Below are positions 50,300 to 63,930 of a stretch of DNA of 64,000 nt, piece by piece. The translations under genes were made by a program, and so were the position numbers. The first letter of the stretch is position 1, and each line of letters begins with the position of its first letter. The notes beneath the pieces are model-generated. The model was not told where the DNA came from and did no database searches. It saw only the letters and a program-made list of their open reading frames with translations. The DNA is from Styela clava (lineage: Eukaryota), in assembly GCF_964204865.1 (NCBI RefSeq), contig NC_135251.1, positions 13,144,001 through 13,208,000 on the forward strand, read 5' to 3'.

Positions 50300-53200
50300 A
50301 TGGCAAGTGATGATATTTACGATTTGTTAAGTCCTTTGTTGGATGACTGTATGGCATTGTTCCAAAAAGAGGATTCAAAAACATCACATTCGTTCGTTCA
50401 AAGTCTGAAAAGTATTCATAATAATGCGATACATATTCGACCAATTGCCATTGGATTAGTAGGGTAGGTTTTCTAGAATGTCATTTTGTGCAATGTTTAT
50501 AAATTTAGAGGTAATTGCAGTTTTGGGTCTTTCTGTTCAAATTATTACTGTATCGTCATTTTTGAGTTTATATTTATCAATAAAATATGTTGTGGTTTTA
50601 TGCGTCCATATTTTGTTACTCATTTTACAAATTCTGAAACACTGACCATTTTATAGTATACCTTTCTATGCCATTCAAAAAATTCCATTCTTTTCTATGC
50701 AGAATCGATTTAAAAATTATTATTCAACTCTGTAGCCGACCCCAGGTTAATTAGACAGCTTAATGCTATGTTTAAACAACGGTGATTTGCTAAATAACTT
50801 TATTAATCTATTTTGGTTTTACTGTGTGTGAAATAGCATCACTCAGTAAAGAAATCGGGATATGAATAAATATATATCGAACATATGATTTTTTATTTGA
50901 ATATTTGGTCAGTTCAAACTCGAATAAACTTATTTTGGATTTTGCACACTAAACCCATTGTAAACAACTTTGCTGCCAAAATTACAATGATACTTCCTTT
51001 TTCAAAATTCATAATACAATCGAACTGATGTCCCGAGCACAGTTTTCCCTACATTTTCAATTTGCATATGAATAGCTCTCATCATCATGGAAATCCAGTG
51101 GCTTATAGTTACATGAGTAATAAAATGGATAACTTCAAACTGCATTTTATACCCATTTTTATTTCATTTGTTTTTATCATAATTCACAGCAAAGTGGCTC
51201 ACAAATATGATGCTTCGCCACATATAAAGGCAAATGGATATCGAAGTTTACTTGCATTACTCGATTCACTTTGTCATCTTATTGTTGGACATTTACAAAC
51301 AATTTGCAGAGAAAGAAAAAATGTATTCTTCCGAGCAAACCAATACAGTGATAAATTACGAGTACTGGCTCAAAATCTACATCAGATGAGGGCTCTTTTT
51401 GGATATGCACAAATTTTGATAGGTATGGTTTTTATAGTATTGTCTTTCTAGTTTTCATTGATATTAATTATATACCATATGCAATTTCACTTGCCGAGTT
51501 CTTCCCGAAGTTGCTTAATGCGATGAGCATGTACTTATATTTTAATACTTCAAATTTGTCTCATGTTGACATTGACGATTTGTGTTTCATGCCATACCTT
51601 AATAAAGATGTTTTTTATTGATTAACACTCAATCAAAAAGATTTACTATATAATTGAAAGGAAATGTAGATTATGCCAAGTAGGGATGGCCAAGACCGAA
51701 TCTCACTATTCGAAATACATTGGGATAAAATAGTTTCGAATATGGAATATCGAATACATTTAAAATTAGATGTAAGTTCATGTTGAAAATTAACATAAAC
51801 TACTATATTATCTTCATGTTGATAATATCTAAAAGGACTTAATTGAATATAAAGGTTATTGTTTTCTGTGTGTTACGTATTGATCTACTTGTGTGACTTG
51901 CTCAAAATCCCTATTTATCTTATTTATATTCTAAATTAAAATTTTATATCGCATATAATGAATTTTGAATATTTGTTTCGAACCGGTGCCAAGTATATAT
52001 GCTCACAAAAACATCACTTCCCTCAAATTTTAAAGATTGATTTGACAATGTTCAGGATAATTTATACTCATGTCAGTTCTAGCAATTGAAATATATGCTT
52101 GTAATTTAAGAGCACAAATATGCAAAGTTTGACAATGTTATCCGTAGGGAATTTTTTCGCTCTAGTATTTCTTTCATATTTTCTGAATATGTAAAGAATC
52201 TGGAAAATACTAAATATTTTGGTGTGGAAGTCTCTGTTGTTCCCCATTACAAACATAACTATATATTTTCTATTGCATTTATCTTATATTGCTGATATCT
52301 GTATTATTGCATCCTTGCATTATTTATATTCTCAGGTCACAGTGAAGATGGATCATTATTTGCAACTGAACAAGAATCAGATGATATCATGCATGATTGT
52401 GAAATCATGGCCAAATCTTGCTTCTATAGCCATGTTCAAGGATTTCAGGTACAATATTATCAATTATTTTTGTGGTGCTGCTGTCTGTATATTGTGTATT
52501 TCTGTTGGTATGGATACCCATATGCCAGTCGTCATCTAGTAAAACAAGTATCATTTATGATTGTAATATTGTTTTGTAAAAAGGCATTTGAAAATATTGT
52601 GTACATTACATTACAATAATTAATTGAATATGTTTTAAGATGGCAAACACTGGAAAACATTAAATTCACTGGATATTGAATTTTCTTATCAATACAATAC
52701 AAGATACAATATATAACAATATACAACAATACAAGAACGTACATGATAAACTCAACTTAAACATATTTACCATGTAGCTTATGTCACTACATAGCTACAC
52801 TAACATGGTACTTTACGTAAACCTAATACATAATTTTCGAAACGCCGAATATAACAGTCTCCAGCTGTGGTGCACGTTCCCCATTTGCTGTGGTCGTCTC
52901 ACTTTTAAAGCTAAAATGGATTCAATGTTTATTTCGACATTCCAATAACAGACCCATGTGAACCTCCTGGATCATACCACTGTCTATAACGTATTTTTTA
53001 AATCTATCCAATTTATATTAAATTTTTCAGTTTTATCCTGGAATCCAACCAATCATTCAAGCTCTTTCCATGTTCACAGCATCATACAATGATATCGTTC
53101 AGCATTCGACTGTCTGGCAGACAACAAAATCACTGTTTAATTCTGGTAAATTTTAATAAATTTTTACATCATTTTACTTATAACAAATCTGTAAAGTGAC

Positions 53201-56200
53201 CATTTTTTTTTTCAGGTAAATACGTTGTTAGCCCTAGTGTAAGAGGAAGACAAATTGAAAAAATATACAGTGAAGCTGAGGCACCTTTTTTTAAAGCATT
53301 TTTCTCACTTCCGGAAATGGGAGTTGGTGTGGTGAGTCGGACTATAGAATATGTTTCAAATTAAAAATAGGTTTTAAAAAGCCGTTTCCTGGCTAATTCA
53401 ATTTCTACTTTTTTGTAATATGATATGATTTATACCATTTACAGTAAAATAATGATTTATTTCAAAGTATGCGAATTGTGATATGAAAATCATCACAGAT
53501 ATTACTCAGTTTTAGTTATTCTGAATTATTTTGATACTTGTATTTAAACATTTTCAGCACTAATCGTCTTATTAATGTTGGGGTAATCGTCTTGATTAAT
53601 TTTTTGTTTACCACTTGATTACAGTTATTGCCGAATCTTGTCGGGGACACAGTTCGTGTGAACAGAATTTTCAATCTTCCTCCAAAAGTTTTCGAATTGG
53701 AGACAACAGAAGGACATATGGTTGAGATCAACAGAACTTCTTGCATAGGACATGGGAGACATGTAAAAGCTCGTTTAATATCAGCTGTGCTAAGGGAGGG
53801 ACAGGTAACTGAATTATTAATAAAAACGGAATCAATTCTAAAAAAATATTTAAAGTTCATTCATCTCTTACATTGTTCATGTGTTCGTCACTATCAGGGA
53901 TGGATGAAATTGAATAATTTACTATTCCGAATACATTCTAAAGTGGTATATTTGGATAGGAAATATCCATTATTTTTCAAATTAGGTCATAATCCGAGAA
54001 TTGTAATCCTCAAAAGCAATTTGCTAAAATCGTTTTCTGGATAGTTTAGAAACTATTTTTTTATAGTATCAAAAGCCAAATGAAGGTTTGACCCAAACAC
54101 TGGAAGTAATTTGAATTATTGCCAAAATAAATTTTGAATGTATTTGATATTTGATTTTTTTTTTGACATTCCTGTTTTCTATGTCTCTCAACAATTTTCT
54201 TTTTCATTATGAACAATATTTTAGAAAATTCATGGTCGTATTTAAAGCTATGTTGAAAGCCATTCAGAAAAACAATGTTTATAAATTTATATGCGGAATT
54301 TGTCGATTTCATGAAAAACCTACTAAATATTAACTTTTTCTACAGGATTCACCAGATTCACCTAGCATACCAGATATGGGACTCGATAAATCAAAAGTTT
54401 TATTGAAAGCAAAACACAAACCAAGGTCAAAAACATTGTTGTTTTTCTGTCACGGAGGTGGATTTATTGCTCTCACATCTAAGTCATATGAGGTGAATTA
54501 CTTGTTGACTATTTAGGCCTATGTTCTCTTGTTTCAGTTATGTATGAATAAGAGTTTAAATCAGGCTTGACCAAAGTTCAGCGAGAACATAAAGTGTCAT
54601 TTCTGGGTGTGTTTTTTCTTGTAAATTGATTAACACATTTCTCACTTCATTGACAGTGTGAGCTAATGTCTGTAACAGCTGTATTATTATTTGATGACGT
54701 GGTTTATTAACCTTACAGAAGTAGCCTATTTTAGAACTTTGTCCTTGGTGTCATATAGAAGTTTTTCATATTAAATTAAAGTTGTCCACACACCGAATAC
54801 ATTTCAAGTTGATAATATACTCAATTCATAAGATGCAAATAGTCAAAAACGTATACTCTTTATTAGTATCTGTATGAAATTTATTTATTATGTAAAAGTA
54901 TTGTATCAACTACCAGCTTTTGAAATTCTACGAAATTGTGAGTGCACAAATACCACTCATGACTCTTGATATAAGTGAGGTCATGGCAATCTCTTAATAA
55001 TTATATAAATTATTTTCACCCTTATACCGTTTTATTGTCTTTGTGAACATTCGTTCTTAGGCTGGATGTCATATTGATTTGCCAACTCATTTGAATTTTA
55101 AGTAGGAAAATAGGCTTCAAATGAGCCCTTACAATTTTGAAGAATGATTTAAAACTGAGATCTTTACGTTAAAAAAAATTGATATTCTCACTTCAAAATT
55201 TTTTTTAATGTATTCAATTGATATCAATATTAATATAATTTTCTTGGTAAAAACAGGTTGTCCTGAGAGAATGGTCAAAGGAATTGGATTGTCCGATATT
55301 CTCTGTGGATTATAGTCTTGCACCTGATGCACCATTTCCCGAGGCTTTTGAGGAATGTTTCTATGCTTATGCATGGGCTTTGAAAAATGCAGAGTTGCTA
55401 GGTAAATCAAAAACCTTTTTTTTTAATGTGAATTATGTACAATTGTGTGTCTAATGATCAATAAAATTGGTTCACTATTCAACGATCATGAATATTTCAA
55501 GCTGTATTTTGGTTATACCAATATTGATTTAGTGAGCTTACCAGAAAGGCTCATAAAAACTTTGCTTTTTATGAAGGTAATAAAATTGTGTTAGTGCATC
55601 GGGCAGCGTCATTACTGTGATTTTATGTAAATGTTCCAATTGTACATTAGTATGCAGGGTGGAGTTATAACAATGCCTGCTCTACCAGGAAAACATGTTT
55701 TTATCTACATGCATATTGTGATTAATACAAAACCAGCATTTTTGAATGTCTATTACAAAAAAGCTTTAAATAAGACCATGAACCGACCCGAAATGGTCAT
55801 CATTATATTCCAACATGGGAGTACATTGCTAAATTTTTATAGTTAACATTTCATTGGAAGCGCCTACAAAATATGATCAATCTTGTCTTTCAAACAATCT
55901 CAGTCGCAACCCTCCGTGGCTTCGTGCTCCTCTAAAACAAAAATAATAAATATGTTTTGTTTTGGAGAATTTCCATTGCTTATTTTATGCGCCGCATTCA
56001 CTAATAAAGAGCCAGTAAATGATTAAATGCATTATGGTAGAAGAAATAAAAAAACCACAGGTAATTAACTTTAAATTAATGGGGTCATTGCAAATGATAG
56101 CTGCTGATGTCTCGACTTGCGGCCCCCAGAAAACCGCTCTGTGAGAAATCCTCGTTTAAAGCAAGAAAAGGTCACGAAATCAACTGATAATGACTCATAC

Positions 56201-58341
56201 ACTTCTCTCCAATGTCCAGGTACTACTGCAGAAAAAGTAATTTTTGCTGGTGATTCAGCTGGTGGAAACCTTGTGTTGTCTGTTGCAATGAGAGCTGCTG
56301 CATATGGGATTAAGATACCTGATGCAATGCTAGTTATGTATCCGTCAGCTGTTGTACGATACTCCGCCTCTCCATCAAGATTATTAGCGGTAAATAACTT
56401 CTTTGTCTAGAATTTGTATCAAGTTGTTTTATTCAAAATTGCATTTATTAATAAGGTTGCAGATAGCATCAGTAACAAATTGTAACAGACAGCTTTCGAG
56501 TTTACTTTGTGCAAATTTTTATAAATTGATATGGTACATTGCATTCATTAGGGAGCCGCAATACATGTTATTAATTCTGTGGAGTTTATTATTAACTGAT
56601 TAATAATTTTTAGGTCATGGATCCTCTTTTACCTCATTGCATGCTTTGTTCTTGCCTCTGTGCGTATACTGGATTCAAAACTGAAAAAGTTGCTTACAAC
56701 ACAACAGAGCACAAACTTTCTCCGACTGATGGCAATGTAGACAATGATGGGGATCACACAGAATCATGTAGTAGTAGTTCTATACTTTCTTCACGCAAAC
56801 AATCAGTAACCGATAATTCAGTGATAACAACCTTCCTGCAAGACGTAGGGGATGGTTTAGGGCGTTTAGGGGGACCAGCTGAACCAGAAGCTGAAACATG
56901 GTGGGACGATGAAATTTTTATGCACGAAAGCGAGTACAAACCTGAAGCATCCTCGCAACAACGTCCGTCCATTACCAACTTTTTTAAAGACATGGGTCGT
57001 AGATTTAGCACTCTATTGACACCCGAAACCAAAACTGAAAAAGCCGACACGTTTTGGGATGATGAATTTGACATGGTATCGATTGATAATCCTGCAGATG
57101 ACCTTGACGATAGTACTGAATATACTTTAGGAGAGAATAGTGTTACTAGTGCTTCATCTACCAATAATAATGGTATTTTTATTCGCAAAGGGTCAACAGC
57201 TAGCACCTCTGGTGATCTGGTTGAAGCTCATTTCAAAATCAAGCTTGCCAATAACTTCTCTCCTCTCAAGAGTCGATATTTTGGTGAAAGAACGAAAGTG
57301 CATCACACTGCTCTTGTTAAAAATCCTTACATATCTCCCGCACTAGCTCCTGATGAAATGCTTCGAAGTCTTCCTTATTTGGATATAGTGGTGAGTGCGA
57401 GGTTTAATCAGATTTATTCTAAGCTGGGGTAGACTAGAAGATTTGGTTATATGAAGTTCATATGTGCCGAAATCGCATTTTCGAAAATATTAAGATCTAG
57501 TTTGTTTTAAATACCCTTTGTTTCACTTTTGACACTAATTGGGCATAGAGATCATCTGGTTAATTGTTTTTGGGCCAGTAATTTGTGTCTCGTAAACTAA
57601 TGGACCAGCCAGTTTCAAATGAATGGTTTAGGATTAAAAGGTGTTTTGCTTTCAAATCTTCTACACAAATTCTATTTTGTGAAAAAATGTTCACCTGCCT
57701 GAATTTTCTTGTTTGTGGGACCGAGCATGTTAACAGTTACAAAACCTTTGCAGTGCACTTATGTCCGGGCAAATATGGAAGTATGAATTATCGTATACAC
57801 ATTCTTTTTACTTGCTTTGTGTCTAAATATGATACCATTGGCTCGGCGTCGCGGCGCCTCATGCCAAGCATTAGGGATACGTAGGATGGTTGTTATGGCT
57901 TCCTTCACCATCAAGTCCATGCTTCAAAAACAAAATACCTGACCAACTAAAGACATATCGACATTGACTGGTAACCGGACAGGAGACCATGGTTAACCAT
58001 ATGATATAGCTGCATTATCAATTTCCCTCTCCCCCGGTATAAATATGTAAATCCTATCTTATTGCAGCTGGTATATTTTTACAAAACTGTATCTGATATT
58101 ATAAGCTATTTCAACTAAGTATCAATCTATGTTTTTTCAGGGATGTGAACTTGACCCTCTGTTTGACGATTCTGTAACATTAGCAAGAAGATTACATAAA
58201 ATAGGACATCAGCACCAGTTTCATGTAGTGCGTGGTCTTCCTCATGGATTTTTGAGTCTTCAAATGTGTAGAGAAACAAAAGAAGCTTCAAAAATGTGTC
58301 TTGAGTTATTGAAGAGTAAAATTTTAGGAAGTGCCGTCTGA
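50300..58341 (+). CDS. LIPE: Hormone-sensitive lipase, ~786 aa, 11 coding exons
   Basis: Exons 50300-50463, 51190-51422, 52336-52448, 53031-53145, 53216-53331, 53625-53804, 54346-54492, 55257-55401, 56220-56389, 56614-57390, 58141-58341 (2361 nt in frame). HSL_N motifs ANGYRSL and CFYxxxxGFQF; HGGGF; VDYSLAP; GDSAGGN; [10 protein letters not shown]; LPHGFL. Alternative in-frame start at 50273. Confidence 0.93.
57880..58062 (+). mobile_element. SINE-like repeat (3' part); related copies at ~43405-43505 and ~59740-59920
   Basis: Shared ...ttatggct..cc...ccatatgat......c....tc..ct..cc.t.ccc..ggataaatatg.aaatcctatc tail. Confidence 0.5.
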
Positions 58342-59377
58342 GATTATCAAGTTCAGTACTTCATGTGGATGCTTACTAAGTGTTGTTGACAACACACAAA
58401 ACTGCTTTATAAGTCTTCTTGTTTGCGTTTTTTTTTTTTCATTGTACCTCTGTAAACGTAACGCTACAATATAATGGTAAAACTGCAATTCATAGCATGG
58501 TTTCTGAACAGAGCCAAGAAAAATTTCATACTATAAAACTGACTTGAGGCTGGATATGCAAACAAGGAAGATTTTTTATTTTCGCACTGTTTCGATCGTT
58601 TACTTGTTGTAGAATCTATGCTTGCACTTCTGTAATCACTTTGTTAATTGAACTGTGAGATTTGTCATTTTTCTATACTTTTTAATGTCATATTTTCAGA
58701 ACTAGTGATGCAGTATTATACTATGTTTAGAAGTGCTAAGTGTGTTGCTTATCATGGTGCGAGTTGTGTGTAAATTCAATTTTGATTTGACAGGAGTCTC
58801 ATGATCAAGACTGGTCGATATAAAATCAGATGAGAATATACTTTTAATAGCTGACCAGTCCAAATTATATTTCCACATGCTTTTTGATAAGTAGTTATTC
58901 AATTATCTTCATTCAATATGTTTAGAATCTCATCCCAAGTCTACATGTTGTGAATAATACTTTGCTTATTACAAATCTTCAAATCCTTTTCTTTCTCCAT
59001 CATTAGGTAAGTAGGCAATGGTGGGATTCAGGGGTTCCTGAAAACCCATTCTTGTTTTCAGACCTTAGACCATCGCAGCCAATAGGTAACGTGCACCCAT
59101 CTCTAAAGTTATTATATTTGGTATTCATGTCATTGATGTGGATACATTTTCTGAAATAGCCTGTTGTTAGCGAGTTCGATACAAGAGACTACCTGATCTC
59201 AAAACAGGTTTTGGCTACCATACAATGGACAATTTTTCATATTTACATTTTTAAAGAGAAAGTATGCAGGGTGCCTTCAATATTACCATGACAATGCCTG
59301 CTCTGTATATATATATAAATCTTTCACACATGCAAATCGCCTTTTTATGTTCAACAATAATAATTAATATATATATC

Positions 59378-60811
59378 TCAATAAAAAGTGTTGTATTTCA
59401 TGCAATGTTCAAAGTCTCTATAACTTATTCTCCCATCACGATCTTTATCAAGGTTTTGAAAACATGATATGATGGCACTTTCAGAGAGGTTTGGAGCTGT
59501 AGTTTGATAAGCACGCTTGACATCTTCTAGTGTCAGAAAACCCTTGCCTGGTATACACATAAAAAAATATTTGATACAGTAACAACTATGAAGTCCTCCC
59601 TAGCGATCCATGGTCAGATTCCTGGAGCACAAATTATTCCATGCGCTGGTCATCATCAAACTGGCAGTATACGAGTATTTGTAGTGAAAATTCTTATGTG
59701 GTTGGTGCACTGCATCTCCGATTATCCTATATAGGTTTGCATCCTGCGAGGGATATCTATGTGCGAGCAATTGCTGGACTCAATGCTGCCATAGGGTGGC
59801 TCACTTAACCACTGGTCGGTTATGGCTTTCTCCACTTGTCCCACGCCTGACAATACAAGAGGTACACCATATGATAAAGCCGTCTTATCAACTTTGCCCT
59901 CCCTTTGGATATATATGAAAATATTATTCCAAAAGCAGCTGTAGCATATTGAACTTGAATATAATAAAAATAATTACAGTCTATATCGAAGGCATTGAAT
60001 ATTCGTCTACATTCTTGATCTGGATCTTCCAATGAAAGCTTAGCAAACATCAAACTTTGAAATCTTTCAAGATTAAGTCCTGAAATTATATGGAAAACAT
60101 TAGTAATATTTGGTATTGGATGTGAGAATGTTGCCATACCAAGATAACTGTGAGACTTCAGAGACGTATATATCAGATTATGACACTGATGAATCAATTT
60201 AATATCACAAACTTGCTTGAAATTTTTCCAATGCTTGCAGCCTTATTAAACAATTTCACATTGTATAAAGATATTTATGAATGATGAAAACATTTTCAGA
60301 ATTTTCACTGACTATCAAATTATTTGAATTTTAAATTATTATCGTCATGAATCAGCTTGTGATTTATTCTCCAAGCAAACACAAACTTAAATAATAAACA
60401 ATACGACCCTGACGTTCATCTTTTTTTCCTGCTCCCATGAGTTGTTCCACTTCATACTGAAAAAAAAGTTTGGTTCATATTTGATATACAGCATATTATA
60501 ATCAAAATTTTCTAGATGCATAACTTACTTTTGATGGTTTGTATCCAAAGATGGATAGAACTGCAACTTTAATGTCCTCTTTTGAAAGATGTCCTTTTTG
60601 ATTAGAGTCACATTCTTTAAAAATCTGAAACAAAATACAATCCCTAGCATTGAAGATTTATATTCATCAATATATTTGGATGTCTAAAGCAATACTAATT
60701 CGAAGTTATGAGAGTTTTGTAAAAGTTAAATAAGATTACCTGCAACACTCTTGCCTCGTCCTCGTCTGAAATAGTCTGCCTGTAAAGCGATGTTCCACTG
60801 TAATCATTCAT
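59378..60811 (-). CDS. EFCAB11: EF-hand calcium-binding domain-containing protein 11, 162 aa, 5 exons
   Basis: Exons 60740-60811, 60529-60624, 60408-60456, 59978-60079, 59378-59547; FKECDSNQKGHLSKEDIKVAVLSIFGYKPSK, IFNAFDIDCKGFLTLED, LDKDRDGRISYRDF. Confidence 0.9.
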
Positions 60812-61940
60812 TTACTGGCATGAATCCCATCTACTGAGATTGTAATTTTTTGTTGTACACCAGCACTAACGCTATTTATGTACTTGGTGTTTTTCTTTTT
60901 TTGTCAGAAAAATATAAATGAGCTAGGCTATTTTCAAGAATTGAAGAAGGAACAAAATTTAATAATAACGTAAATGTACATTAAAGATTTTAAAAATAAA
61001 ACCGCCAGTTGTTTATCATCGATTGCAGTCATGCGTATAAATTGAGGGCATGTAGAGCTTGGAGTCAGCTTTATGAAATATACTTATGTATAATTTATAT
61101 GCCTCTATTTAAAAAATACTATATTTAATGAAATCGAATTATTCTACAAAAAAAACTAGTATTCGAATATTACAATGACTTTATTATTATTATATGCAAT
61201 ATTGTTCATTTTAAAGTGAAAAGAAGATGTGAAATTAAAGGAATAGATGATGACTCTGAATGTGCAATAAAAGTGTGAGCGATGACAGTGGTCAGGTTTG
61301 TGCAACCATCCTAAGTTAAATTTGAGTCCATAATCGGCGTAAAGGTGGGAATTAACCTTAAAGTATAAATTTTTGTTTTCTGCTATCTATAATTAAAAAA
61401 CAAATACAAATGAAATTATATTTGATGATAACTATGGTGGTGAAAACTACATTTGAAAACAACAATGGAACGCTGTGGATTTCTTTGAAAAATTCGATGA
61501 TCATATGGAATAAATGAAATCTTTGTTCGGGTATATATTTGTTTTTGTGTGTGTGAAATTTGTGTATATTATTTACTTATCGTTATGACTTCATTTTTTT
61601 TACAACGCTTCTGAATCCACAATGTGGAACCTTGAAAAAATAAAATAAAAATGAAGTTGGGAATTAACGAAGCAAGAAATATTTACATATAAGTATAAAA
61701 CAGGCGTATAATTTTTTCAGTTTTGGTTAGCGTTTACCTATTTATACAGCAGCAAAAATTAATTTGAAACCTTATTTATTACTTAGGTATATTTTAGGTG
61801 TTGTGACTGCAACAGAAACGGACTAGACTATAAAGAATTAATTTAGAAAGAAATTAGGAGAGAATTAATTTCGTTTTTTTAACATTCTTTTTGAAGTTTT
61901 TCTCCTAGGTATTCAAAACCCATTTCAATACTCAATAACC

Positions 61941-62212
61941 CAGTGGCGTATCTAGGTTGTGGCAACCATGGCTTGTGCGCTGTTTGGACAGGGGTGCCAG
62001 AACGGCGAAAAGTTTTAATCGTAAAATGTTTCAATGAAATCATTTCGAATTGGAAATTACTGAAACTCCTATTTTTACTCAAATAATAACGTTCAAGTAT
62101 CTCTCACTTCAATAACAGTCATTACAAATTGTGAACTACAGAACTAACTATATGGAGGGGGGCGCATTTTTAAATTTTGCCATGGGCGCAATTTTACGTA
62201 GATACGCCACTG
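61941..62212. mobile_element. hAT (Tip100-type) MITE
   Basis: TIR CAGTGGCGTATCTA...TAGATACGCCACTG; perfect 8-bp TSD CAATAACC. Confidence 0.9.
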
Positions 62213-63082
62213 CAATAACCATGTCAATATTGCCTTTTTTATGGCTCTGTTCACATTTGTTAATTGAGAGTACATTTTCTGTGTTGCAAACGAATTTATA
62301 GTGATGGATGAGTAGGTACAATTTTAGTGTAGTTCAACTCCATGGACCATGATCAACACAATGGTGTATGAAATTTTTTGAAAACCATGACAAAAAGTTG
62401 ATCAAAAATGATATCTCCAATAGAGCGAAACTTCAAAATAAAACTGTTTTGAGATAATGAGGAAAACATATATTTTCCACTTTTAAACCTTTTCCACTTT
62501 TTATTGAAATTCCTAAGTGATTATGACTTCAACTTGGATTAGCAAAACAAGTTTCTCCTTGCAATGTGTTCAGTAAAATTCTCTCAGATATTCAACGTTC
62601 CTCTTTTATTTTCTGTTTTCGGTCCATCTACATTTGTCTTGAAACCCTCAAAATTAATACTAAAATGATCTTTAAGATTGAAAAGACAATATGTCCAAGA
62701 TTCTGTAATATGTCCACTAACCTCTAATTAAAATTATCAATTTTTCATGCTATTGGACACATAGTCCGTAAGGAATTATTCTATTTAATTTAACTATTCT
62801 ATTTCTATTTAATTGTAGTATTTCTATGCATTAACAATTCTTTTATTATTTGCACTCATTTCAAATGTTAATCGATTTTAGATATAACAGTATATTCTCC
62901 ACATGTTGTAATTCAAAATACATATCTTTGTATTCTGAAGTCATTGATGACAAATCTTATCATTTTCAGATATCCTAGCAACAGTTATTGCGTTTTGTAA
63001 ATTATCTTTTTGATGGAGTCGTAAAGAGTGAATCAATTGTCCAAGGTGATAGTTCGCGGATGAAATTCATTGATCAATTATA

Positions 63083-63514
63083 ATGACAGACAATTCAAAT
63101 AATATTAAAACAAAACCTCGATACAATGTTCGAATTGAACCTCCAAAGCCGAAGTATGGGGCTTTTGGCAGATTCCTAAATTACTTGAGGGAAAATAGAG
63201 TCTCGTATACCTCCAAAATATATGCATTAGGGGTCGTGGGAGCTGGACTATATTTTCTTGGTGCCCTGGTCAGGAATATTAAAAAGGAAGGATTAGAGAC
63301 GAAAGAAATATATGAGGAAGATGTAAAATATAGATTCCTGCATCAAAGACCTGAACCTGACTCTGAAGATGAGAAACAATTGTCTGAACGCATCAAGATG
63401 AAAATACCTGATGAGTTTATGCAAGTTGAAGACGGTCCTTCGATAGTGATTAATAGAGAAAAAAGTATGTATGCAGATTGCTTTTTACCAAAACAAGAAA
63501 TATATGTCAAATGA
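63083..63514 (+). CDS. Uncharacterised 143-aa protein with one predicted transmembrane helix, single coding exon
   Basis: Natural composition, TM segment IYALGVVGAGLYFLGALV, acceptor cattttcAG at 62968-62969 upstream; no family recognised. Confidence 0.65.
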   Translation: MTDNSNNIKTKPRYNVRIEPPKPKYGAFGRFLNYLRENRVSYTSKIYALGVVGAGLYFLGALVRNIKKEGLETKEIYEEDVKYRFLHQRPEPDSEDEKQLSERIKMKIPDEFMQVEDGPSIVINREKSMYADCFLPKQEIYVK

Positions 63515-63804
63515 TTTTGATATGCATGGTTAGAAAAGAAGTTTCTTTTTTTAAATATTTGTTTATGATCATAAATTGTGATGTATACCAGTAAGTCCCA
63601 CAGATATTGAATAATTGTGCAGTGATTAGGAGTAGGGTGCGTGTCAATATGTTTCATATACATAATGCCAAATTTTTAATACAATTCGATATTTCAAATT
63701 TCAAGCAATATGTTTAGTTGGTAATAACACAGTATATGTACAAAAAAAAAAAATTTTTTTTGTTTTGCTTCAAACTTGTCAAATTCAATCCTCGTTATAT
63801 AAAG

Positions 63805-63930
63805 CAGGGGTGTGCAACCTTTAATACAGTAGGTCCACATACCAATAACTGGGTAAAATTGCGTGCTACATCTTTATTTGACATAGGCTTTCTAATAGTT
63901 GCAGGCAAAAAAACTTGTCATTGACCCCAT
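63805..63930. mobile_element. 5' end of the same hAT-Charlie family as 26402-27026
   Basis: CAGGGGTGTGCAACCTTT...caataac.ggg...aggctttcta.tagttgcaggca. Confidence 0.65.

Noticed and set aside
56754-57206. 150-aa antisense ORF over LIPE exon 10 (and similar antisense ORFs over 14-3-3, CCDC191 and tropomyosin exons)
   Set aside because: Shadow ORFs produced by codon bias of the sense strand; Ser/Leu/Phe-rich with no independent gene signals
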